DNA from: an uncultured bacterium
GTDB taxonomy: Bacteria > CAYUVA01
Direction: 5' to 3'
Assembly (NCBI GenBank): GCA_964448115.1
Contig: CAYUVA010000016.1
Location: 62,001 to 83,790, forward strand
DNA length: 21,790 nt
Each line of letters opens with the position of its first letter. Position 1 is the stretch's first letter. A model generated the notes under the pieces. The model had not been told where the DNA came from and made no database searches. It saw nothing but the letters and a program-made list of their open reading frames with translations. The position numbers were made by a program, and so were the translations under genes. This document shows, piece after piece, positions 8,660-16,666 of the stretch.

Positions 8660-11113
8660 ATGTCCAGGGTGATTAAAAGGCTGCTGATAGTTGATGTTCT
8701 CAGGGAGGATCTGGAGCTACTAGCTGAGCTTTTATCCGAGGCAGGCTATTCGATCAAGATAATCCATGAACCTACAGAGATCCCCCGCATGGTGGCACGA
8801 CTTAAACCGGAGCTTATCCTGATAAACTCCATCCCCGAAACTCAGACCTACGATAAATACTACAAAACATTGAAGGATGCCTTCAAGGAATGCAATTTCA
8901 TTATCGGAGTGGAATCAAAACGGCGACATGAGATCTCAAGCGTGCTTGGAAAAATGTCAGACCGCGATGCGGTAGTAGCAAAACCCTATGACTTTGACCG
9001 ACTCATCGAGGTTATGGACATGACCCTAGGCTCCTTTGTGGATAGCGACCATGAAAGCTTCGAGCAGACAATGGGATTCACCATCGCCAGCCTGCTTAAA
9101 CAGAAACCTAGAAAAAAGAAAAGCAAGAATGATGATATGGACAATTTTGCCGGGCTTGGTGAATTCATGACCGATGGCGAGATATCCGAGGTGCTAAATG
9201 TTGAGGAGATTTATAAACCACAAAGTGAAATAACCGAGGAAACCAGTTGGACTGCGGCTAATATCGAATTTGGCAATTATATCCTGGTGGCTAAGATCGA
9301 AGATAAAGGCATGACAGAGAGTTTTCTCGCTAAGTACAAGGGGGCAGAGGGCTACGAGAAGATCGTTATCCTACAGCGGATTCTGCCTGAATTTCAGTGG
9401 GATAACGAGGTGGTTGAGATGTTCATCAAGCAGAACCGTATCGCCGCCAGCTTCAACCATCAGAACTTAATCCAGGTTTATGAACTTGGTGAACATGATA
9501 GCCAGGTTTATATAACTACTGAATTCATTCAAGGCAAAAGCCTGCGCCAGCTCCTGCAGGTATATTCGATGCGCAATGAGAGGCTTAATCCAGATCTTGC
9601 TCTCTACATAATAAGCAGGTTACTGCTCGGCTTAGATTATATACACAGACAGAAAGACCCAGATGAGCCGGATAAATCGTTGGTACATAGAGCCTTGGAG
9701 CCGGATAACATCTACTTAACCTACTCTGGCGAAATCAAGATAGGCGGCTTTGGGATAACCAAGGGGCTTATTGATATCTCTCGCTCTGAGGCACAAAGCG
9801 GCATAGGCAAGGTGCTCTATATGTCCCCGGAACAAGCCTGGGGATATGAATTAGACCAGCGTAGCGATATCTTCGTAGCTGGTCTTATACTTAGCGAATT
9901 GCTTACCTCGATACCCCCCTACTCCAGCAAGAAAACTGTTAAGGTCATCCAAAAGGCGCGCAGCGGCAAGTTTCGACCCCCAGTATTTTTTGAGCCTGAG
10001 ATACCGGTGGAGATCAATAACCTGGTGGAAACCGCCTGCCGTAAACAACCGGACAGCAGGTTCCAAACCGCACAAGAGATGTATCAAGCTGTGCAGGATG
10101 TCGCACGGAAAAGAGGTCTGCATATTACTTCTTTTGACCTTGGCGAGATCGTTCGATCTCAATTCAAGAGTAAAATAAAAAAAGAAATGGATCTGCTTGA
10201 TACTATCCATAACCAAAAGGATAAAGCTGCTGTGGATCAAGTATTCGACTCAGATATATTCAGGCTATCTGATGGGAAACTAACCGACTCCTTTTCTGTG
10301 GATGGGATAGATTCATACTTGAATGACCTAGCATATAAAATAGCAAGTGGGGAGGATGTATCAGCAATAAAGGAGCAATTAGATATCGACTCAAAAGAAT
10401 ATGAGGGTGCTTCAGACCAACAACCTGTCGAATCGCCCATCGCAGAAAAACAGCCCCCTTCAAATGTAGCCGCCCAAAAGCAGGAAGATAAACCACAAAA
10501 AGAATATCCCCAACCTCAAATCGATGATCTTAACCGGAATAATATTCAAACAAACGCTGAAGACACCGCCCCGATAGATCTCATTTCTTCAACAGATACA
10601 ATAAGCAGGGAAATAAAAAAAACTGGCCAGAAACCGCTAAGTCGCTTGGGCATAATAGGATTGGCTTTGATAATAGGTCTTGGAGTCAGCGGCTTGGTAA
10701 TCGCCGGCTTATGCTTATTCAAGGTAATAGCCGAAATGAACCAAAGTCCGCCAGCATCATCCTACAGCATTAGCCACTCCAAGTCAGCCATTGAAACTAA
10801 AAAGCCAATCCCTGGAGAATACATAAAGAAACCTGACCAACCACCAAAGGTGCTCAAAGCCCTGCATCCAACAACCAATGAATGGCCGGCTGCGGAAACC
10901 AAGAATTGCGGTACTGTGCTATTAAAATTAAAAGTAGGTCCCGATGGCATTCCTACAGAGCCGAAAATACTCTACACAGATTTTGATACCCAAAAAATCA
11001 ATGACCTTGCTCTTAGAAGCATCAAGTTCTGGAGATTTGCACCTGCGACCCATGATGGTGTTCTTGTAACCAGCGATGTAATCGTAAAGGTCAGGATCGA
11101 GAAACCTCAATAA
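8660..11113 (+). CDS. Membrane protein: degenerate receiver domain + Ser/Thr pseudokinase + TM helix + TonB C-terminal domain
   Basis: REC fold aa6-122 (LLIVD..PELILIN..KPY). Kinase fold ~aa204-480 (FGNY..GAEGYEK..YMSPEQ..RSDIF). One hydrophobic helix (LGIIGLALIIGLGVSGLVIAGLCLF). TonB_C pattern (GTVLLKLKVGPDG..ALRSIKFWRFAPA..G). Confidence 0.85.
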   Translation: MSRVIKRLLIVDVLREDLELLAELLSEAGYSIKIIHEPTEIPRMVARLKPELILINSIPETQTYDKYYKTLKDAFKECNFIIGVESKRRHEISSVLGKMSDRDAVVAKPYDFDRLIEVMDMTLGSFVDSDHESFEQTMGFTIASLLKQKPRKKKSKNDDMDNFAGLGEFMTDGEISEVLNVEEIYKPQSEITEETSWTAANIEFGNYILVAKIEDKGMTESFLAKYKGAEGYEKIVILQRILPEFQWDNEVVEMFIKQNRIAASFNHQNLIQVYELGEHDSQVYITTEFIQGKSLRQLLQVYSMRNERLNPDLALYIISRLLLGLDYIHRQKDPDEPDKSLVHRALEPDNIYLTYSGEIKIGGFGITKGLIDISRSEAQSGIGKVLYMSPEQAWGYELDQRSDIFVAGLILSELLTSIPPYSSKKTVKVIQKARSGKFRPPVFFEPEIPVEINNLVETACRKQPDSRFQTAQEMYQAVQDVARKRGLHITSFDLGEIVRSQFKSKIKKEMDLLDTIHNQKDKAAVDQVFDSDIFRLSDGKLTDSFSVDGIDSYLNDLAYKIASGEDVSAIKEQLDIDSKEYEGASDQQPVESPIAEKQPPSNVAAQKQEDKPQKEYPQPQIDDLNRNNIQTNAEDTAPIDLISSTDTISREIKKTGQKPLSRLGIIGLALIIGLGVSGLVIAGLCLFKVIAEMNQSPPASSYSISHSKSAIETKKPIPGEYIKKPDQPPKVLKALHPTTNEWPAAETKNCGTVLLKLKVGPDGIPTEPKILYTDFDTQKINDLALRSIKFWRFAPATHDGVLVTSDVIVKVRIEKPQ

Positions 11114-11124
11114 TAGGAGTGATT

Positions 11125-11766
11125 ATGGAAAATATGTTCCGCGTGGATGAGAAGTATATTCACCTAGGTGAGGATGTTTTTATAGATCAAACTGCAATCA
11201 TCGGCTATCGTCCCGGCAGGAATCTGGAAGAAATCGACCTGTATATCGGCGATAATGCGATGATACGTTCCAACACGGTGATCTATGCCGGTTGCAAGAT
11301 CGGGGTAGGCTTACAGACTGGGCATAATGTGGTGATAAGAGAACAAAACCAAATCGGCGATAATCTCCAGGTTTGGAACAACACGGTAATCGATTATGGC
11401 TGCGTGCTGGGCAATAACATCAAGTTGCACTGCAATATCTATATTGCTCAGTTTACTACTATGGAAGATAATGTCTTCATGGCGCCGGGGGTAACGGTTG
11501 CAAACGATATGCATCCCGGCTGCCAGTTCTCCAATGAATGTATGAGAGGACCATACATCGAGAAGGGAGTCAAGATCGGGGTGAATGTAACCTTGCTTCC
11601 TTTTATTCGGATCGGGAGGCGATCGCTAATCGGAGCCGGCTCGGTAGTTACCAGGGATATCCCGGCAGAATCTGTGGTCTATGGCAATCCTGCAAAGGTG
11701 AGAGGATCCATATATGACCTCAAGTGCGTCAGTGGCATAACAGATAAGCCATTCTATCGGATTTGA
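11125..11766 (+). CDS. Hexapeptide-repeat (left-handed beta-helix) acyltransferase, WbpD/WxcM-like sugar N-acetyltransferase family
   Basis: Repeated [LIV]G-x4 hexapeptides, FMAPGVTVAND, IGAGSVVTRDIP..VYGNPAK. ATG 11125 fits SD AGGAG better than GTG 11119. Confidence 0.88.
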   Translation: MENMFRVDEKYIHLGEDVFIDQTAIIGYRPGRNLEEIDLYIGDNAMIRSNTVIYAGCKIGVGLQTGHNVVIREQNQIGDNLQVWNNTVIDYGCVLGNNIKLHCNIYIAQFTTMEDNVFMAPGVTVANDMHPGCQFSNECMRGPYIEKGVKIGVNVTLLPFIRIGRRSLIGAGSVVTRDIPAESVVYGNPAKVRGSIYDLKCVSGITDKPFYRI

Positions 11767-11769
11767 GCA

Positions 11770-13185
11770 ATGTACAAAGGTGAAATCACGGAAGGAACTA
11801 GCTGCTCGAAAGGATTAAAATGCGACCTTTACGAGCTTACCATGGCTGCCGGGTATTTTCTGAAGGGTATGAATTACACTGCTGTATTCGAGGTCTTCGT
11901 GCGCCGTATGCCGCTGGAACGATCATATTTCGTATTTATCGGATTGGAGCAGGTGCTTGAATTTATCCGTGAATTTCGCTTCTCGGAGAAGGATATCGAT
12001 TTCTTGAGATCCCTGGAGATCTTCAAATCGACCCCAGATGAGTTCTTTGATTTTCTAATTAAACTTCGATTCACTGGCGATGTTTGGGCAATGCCAGAGG
12101 GAAGCTATTTTTTTGCTAATGAGCCTGTCCTTCAAATTAAGGCACCTTTGATCCAGGCGCAGTTGCTCGAATCGGCGATATTGGCAATCCTTAACCTCCA
12201 ATGTACTGTAGGCACCAAGGCTCATCGCATACTGCAAGCAGCAAAGGGTAGAACGGTAGTCGATTTTGGTATGAGGAGAGCGCACGGATTCGAGGCTGGC
12301 TTATATGCAGCTAGAGCGAGCTACATCGCCGGCTGCAACGGTACCTCAAACTGCCTGGCTAGCAAGCTCTTCGGAATCCCGACCTATGGAACCACCGCTC
12401 ACTCATGGGTTATGACACACCAGGATGAGAGGACATCCTTTGTCAATTTTCACGATCTATTTCCTGAGGACTGCACCTTGATCGTTGATACCTACAATAC
12501 CATCAAGGGAATCAGGCAGGCTATCGATGCTGTGAAGGGTATAACCGCAATTCGGTTGGATAGCGGTAACATTGTCAAGCTGAGCAAGAAAGCTAGGAGA
12601 ATGCTGAACAAGGCTGGGATGAGGGATACAAAGATCATCGCCAGCGGGAACCTGGATGAGTACGAGATTCAAAGATTACTCTCCAAGAAAGCCAGGATTG
12701 ACCTCTTTTTTGTGGGAACCTCCTTGGTAACCGCCCCTGATTCTCCAAGTCTCGACTGTGTATATAAACTGGTGGAACAAGAGGACAAGGACGGTAATCC
12801 GATATTCAAAACAAAGACAAGTCGAGATAAAAAGCTATATACAGGACAGAAACAGGTTTACCGGTTCTATGACCGCAAGGGAAGAATGAAGAAGGATTTA
12901 ATTAAACTGGCACATGATAAAGCGCCCAAGAAAGGCAAGCCTCTTTTAGAAAAATATATGGAAAATGGAGAACTCGTGCATCCACTTCCAGATTTGGAGG
13001 AAATACGATCATCAGTGCATGAGAAGGATGAATGTCTTAAACATAGATACAGAAGATTAACCGATGCTGATGAATATCCGGTTCATTTCAGCAAGCACAT
13101 AAAGTCCCCCAGGCGAGCCAAAAAACTCTTTAACAAACTTAATCAAAAGGTTACTCCAAAAGAGAACCGTACTCCTGATAATTGA
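11770..13185 (+). CDS. pncB: Nicotinate phosphoribosyltransferase
   Basis: DLYELTM, FEVFVRRMP, DFGMRRAHG, GTSN, GTTAHSW (phospho-His), VDTY, IRLDSG, ASGNLDE, VYKLVE. Confidence 0.95.
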   Translation: MYKGEITEGTSCSKGLKCDLYELTMAAGYFLKGMNYTAVFEVFVRRMPLERSYFVFIGLEQVLEFIREFRFSEKDIDFLRSLEIFKSTPDEFFDFLIKLRFTGDVWAMPEGSYFFANEPVLQIKAPLIQAQLLESAILAILNLQCTVGTKAHRILQAAKGRTVVDFGMRRAHGFEAGLYAARASYIAGCNGTSNCLASKLFGIPTYGTTAHSWVMTHQDERTSFVNFHDLFPEDCTLIVDTYNTIKGIRQAIDAVKGITAIRLDSGNIVKLSKKARRMLNKAGMRDTKIIASGNLDEYEIQRLLSKKARIDLFFVGTSLVTAPDSPSLDCVYKLVEQEDKDGNPIFKTKTSRDKKLYTGQKQVYRFYDRKGRMKKDLIKLAHDKAPKKGKPLLEKYMENGELVHPLPDLEEIRSSVHEKDECLKHRYRRLTDADEYPVHFSKHIKSPRRAKKLFNKLNQKVTPKENRTPDN

Positions 13186-13209
13186 CAAGCACGGCGCAAG
13201 TCATAAGAT
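13182..13209 (+). promoter_or_regulatory. Possible internal sigma70 promoter for the EndoQ-UvrD gene
   Basis: TTGACA 13182-13187 (overlaps pncB stop), 16-bp spacer, TAAGAT 13204-13209; no SD before ATG 13219. Confidence 0.45.
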
Positions 13210-13218
13210 CCCTGTGAG

Positions 13219-16200
13219 ATGTTCTACGCAGACCTCCATGTTCATTCATATCTATCCCGGGCAACAGCCAAGGACTTGGACCTGGAGCACCTCAACTACT
13301 GGGCGCAACTTAAAGGCATAAGCGTCGTTGGAACCGGCGATATCACCCACCCCGAGATGCTAGCCCAGATTCAGCAGAAGCTGGAACCGACTGGTAATGG
13401 GTTATTCACCTTGAAAAGGGAGTATGCTGAATCAATAAAGGATCCCCTTCCAGCCGGCTGCAAACAAAAGGTCTATTTCATGCTCCAGGGAGAGATAAGC
13501 ACCATCTATAAGGCAAAGGGGAGCACCCGCAAGATTCATCATGTCGTCTGTTTCCCCGACATAGAATCGGTACGGAAACTACAAACGATATTGAAGGGAC
13601 TGGGGAATATCACCTCGGATGGAAGGCCTATACTTGGTTTGGATTCAAGGAAGCTGTTGGAGATAGCCCTGGAATGCTGCCCGGATGTGCTATTCATACC
13701 TGCGCATATCTGGACCCCCTGGTTCTCTGCTTTAGGCTCCAAGTCCGGCTTTGATTCCATCGAGGATTGCTATGGGGATCTTAGTGAGCATATTTACGCG
13801 GTGGAGACCGGCTTGTCCTCAGACCCGCCAATGAACTGGATGTTAAGCAGCCTCGATAAATACAGGCTCATCTCCAATTCTGATGCTCATTCGCCGGCAA
13901 AACTCGGTCGCGAGGCTAATATCTTTGATTGCGAGTTAAGTTACCTAAGCATAGTCGAGGCGCTAAAGACCGGCACCGGGTTCCATGGCACCATCGAATT
14001 TTTTCCAGAGGAAGGCAAGTACCACTATGATGGACATCGTAAGTGCCATAAACGAATGGAACCACTGGAGACAATAAAGCAAAATGGACGCTGCCCTTCT
14101 TGTGGAAAGCCGGTAACCATCGGAGTGTTGCACAGGGTATTTGAGCTTGGCGATCGTCGCTATGGCTACAAACCCGAACAGGCTGCGCCATATAGGTCGT
14201 TGGTCTCGCTGGAATCGATCATCTGCGAGGTCTTGGGACTCAAAAGCGCAACCAGAAAGGTCAAGTCGCTTTATCACAATATTATTGAACGGTTCGGATC
14301 TGAGTATCAAGTGCTCATGGATGCTGATCTCGATAGATTGAGCAGTAATTACGGGGATCTTCTCGCAGAGGGGATCAGCCGCGTTCGTGAAGGCAGGCTT
14401 CACATTGAAGCTGGTTACGATGGAGAGTTCGGCACCATCAATATCTTCACCCCGCAGGAGAGAGCGAGTTTTGCCACCAAGACCTCTTTGGGGCAGACTA
14501 TGGATAGAGCAGCTCAAGCGACACGATATGAAAAACAAAATAAGAAAAGGGAAGATCTCCAGACCCAAAAGCTTACTATATCTGCCCATACAAAGAAGGT
14601 TCAGATGGAGATACCGCTATCCAACCCGGATGAGCTGCTTGCTAACCTGAATCCAGAACAACGAGCTGCAGCAACATACTTTGAGGGTCCTCTTCTCATC
14701 GTAGCCGGTCCAGGAACCGGTAAAACACTCACCGTTACCCATCGAATTGCTTACATGATTATGCAAGGCGCTCTCAGGGCTGAAAATGTATTGGCTGTAA
14801 CCTTCACCAATAAAGCCAGCCAGGAGATGAGAGAAAGGCTATCCAGGTTATTAGGGGGCACCGATGATGCTGATAGGTTGACCATTGCAACCTTCCACCG
14901 CTTTTGTCTTAACTTGCTGCTTAATAATAAAGAATCAGCCGGTCTTGAGGATAACTTCAGCATCTTGGATGATACAAAGAGAGATGAGCTTCTAAAAGGC
15001 TTAAAGAGGGCTATGCTAAGTAAAGAAGTAATGCTGAGCGCTGATGATATTGGGAATACGATAAGCCATTACAAGCAACGAATAGTATATCCGGAATATA
15101 ATTCATTAGTAGATAAGGATTTTTTTCCTATCTATCAGGCGTATCAGAACATCCTGCTGCAAGAGAATTCGATCGACTTCGATGATCTAATCGCTAAATC
15201 AGTCCTTTTGCTACAGGAAAACCCGAAGATACTCGAGGAATATCAACATCGATTCAGCTCCATAACCGTTGATGAATACCAGGACATCAATCAGGCTCAA
15301 TACAGACTGACCAAGTTACTTGCAGGCAATGGCAAGGGGTTATGTGCCATCGGGGACCCCAACCAGGCAATCTATGGATTCAGAGGTGCTGATAGGTCTT
15401 ATTTCAACAGGTTCAGATCGGACTATCCTACAACAAAGGTTATCCCACTTACCACCAACTATCGATCAACCAAGATAATCCTGGAAGCCTCAAGGCATGT
15501 CATGTCCAAGTCCCAAGATTGCCTCGATACAAGACTTGAAACTGTTATCAAGGAGGGAGCTCGCATCAATATTTGCCCCTGCGCAAGCGATCGCCAGGAG
15601 GCTGAGCAGGTGGTGCATACTATTGAGCGCCTGGTGGGAGGAACCAGATTCTTCAGTATGGATAGCGGTAGAAGCGAGGGGCATGAATCCATGCAAGATC
15701 TTGGATTCAAAGATATCGCAGTCCTTTATCGCCTCAGAACACAAGGCGCTTGCCTTCAGGAAGCGTTCGATCGTTCGGGAATTCCATATCAGATAATTAA
15801 AGAAAAAGCCTTGAATCTAACCCCAGAAGATAGACTTCTACATAGCTTAATAAACCTGTTATACAATCCAAAGAGCCGATATCATTTTCTCAATATCCTT
15901 GCAAGTCCACTAGTCGGACTTTCACCAAAGGAAATCGACCAGGTAAAAAACGACCTTTTCTGGGGAATTAGGTGCCACCGGTGGGAGATCAAATATCCCA
16001 AGAAAAGCTGGAAGCTCGATAAATTCAAATCTGCAAACCTGGTTGAACTAGGCAAGATCATGGAATCGCTAGCCCGATCTTCTATCAATAATACTCCAGG
16101 TGTCCTCCTCATGGATATCCATAGAATAATCAAGGAAAAGATAAAACTTCGCGGCGATGCATCATTCTATGGAAAATCAAATGAGTCGATCTCTAGATTA

Positions 16201-16656
16201 CTGCCGCTAGCAAAATCCTGTAAAACCCTAGGCGAGCTTGTGCACTGGTTAGCATTACATCAAGAAATAGACAACCTGGACTTCACTGCTGATAAGGTTT
16301 CGTTACTGACCTTACATGCTGCAAAAGGATTGGAGTTCCAAGTCGTATTTATGGTCGGTTGCGAGGAGGGTATCTTGCCACTTGGGCTGGATGATCTAAA
16401 GATGGACGCTGATCCAGAAGAGGAGAGAAGACTTTTTTATGTCGGCATGACCCGCCCAAAGCAGCTTCTATACATTAGCTATGTTCAAAAAAGAAGGCTT
16501 TATGGCAAGCTAAGAGAGTTATCGCCATCGACCTTTCTCGATGATGTAAAAGACTCGCTGAAAAAATATATAGCCACCACCCATAGGTCGAATAAACGAA
16601 AGCCCAAGGATCGCTTCAAGCCGCTGAGCATCTTCGACTTCATTGAGGATAAATAG
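13219..16656 (+). CDS. Endonuclease Q-family PHP domain fused to UvrD/PcrA-type SF1 helicase
   Basis: PHP/EndoQ motifs DLHVHS, GTGDxTHP, DGRP, PAHIWTPW, ETGLSSD, SNSDAHS, EGKYHxDGHRxC, CPSCG, GYDGEFG. Helicase motifs LNPEQ, AGPGTGKT, TFTNKA, VDEYQD, GDPNQAIYGFRGA, NYRS, TLHAAKGLEF, EERRLFYVGMTR. Confidence 0.93.
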   Translation: MFYADLHVHSYLSRATAKDLDLEHLNYWAQLKGISVVGTGDITHPEMLAQIQQKLEPTGNGLFTLKREYAESIKDPLPAGCKQKVYFMLQGEISTIYKAKGSTRKIHHVVCFPDIESVRKLQTILKGLGNITSDGRPILGLDSRKLLEIALECCPDVLFIPAHIWTPWFSALGSKSGFDSIEDCYGDLSEHIYAVETGLSSDPPMNWMLSSLDKYRLISNSDAHSPAKLGREANIFDCELSYLSIVEALKTGTGFHGTIEFFPEEGKYHYDGHRKCHKRMEPLETIKQNGRCPSCGKPVTIGVLHRVFELGDRRYGYKPEQAAPYRSLVSLESIICEVLGLKSATRKVKSLYHNIIERFGSEYQVLMDADLDRLSSNYGDLLAEGISRVREGRLHIEAGYDGEFGTINIFTPQERASFATKTSLGQTMDRAAQATRYEKQNKKREDLQTQKLTISAHTKKVQMEIPLSNPDELLANLNPEQRAAATYFEGPLLIVAGPGTGKTLTVTHRIAYMIMQGALRAENVLAVTFTNKASQEMRERLSRLLGGTDDADRLTIATFHRFCLNLLLNNKESAGLEDNFSILDDTKRDELLKGLKRAMLSKEVMLSADDIGNTISHYKQRIVYPEYNSLVDKDFFPIYQAYQNILLQENSIDFDDLIAKSVLLLQENPKILEEYQHRFSSITVDEYQDINQAQYRLTKLLAGNGKGLCAIGDPNQAIYGFRGADRSYFNRFRSDYPTTKVIPLTTNYRSTKIILEASRHVMSKSQDCLDTRLETVIKEGARINICPCASDRQEAEQVVHTIERLVGGTRFFSMDSGRSEGHESMQDLGFKDIAVLYRLRTQGACLQEAFDRSGIPYQIIKEKALNLTPEDRLLHSLINLLYNPKSRYHFLNILASPLVGLSPKEIDQVKNDLFWGIRCHRWEIKYPKKSWKLDKFKSANLVELGKIMESLARSSINNTPGVLLMDIHRIIKEKIKLRGDASFYGKSNESISRLLPLAKSCKTLGELVHWLALHQEIDNLDFTADKVSLLTLHAAKGLEFQVVFMVGCEEGILPLGLDDLKMDADPEEERRLFYVGMTRPKQLLYISYVQKRRLYGKLRELSPSTFLDDVKDSLKKYIATTHRSNKRKPKDRFKPLSIFDFIEDK

Positions 16657-16666
16657 CTACCTGTAG

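Noticed and set aside
13963-14589. 208-aa - strand ORF and other short ORFs nested in the main genes
   Set aside because: They fully overlap well-supported conserved genes and show no recognisable motifs.
16657-16666. CTAC-ct-GTAG between the convergent stop codons
   Set aside because: Too short and lacks U-tracts; not a credible intrinsic terminator.
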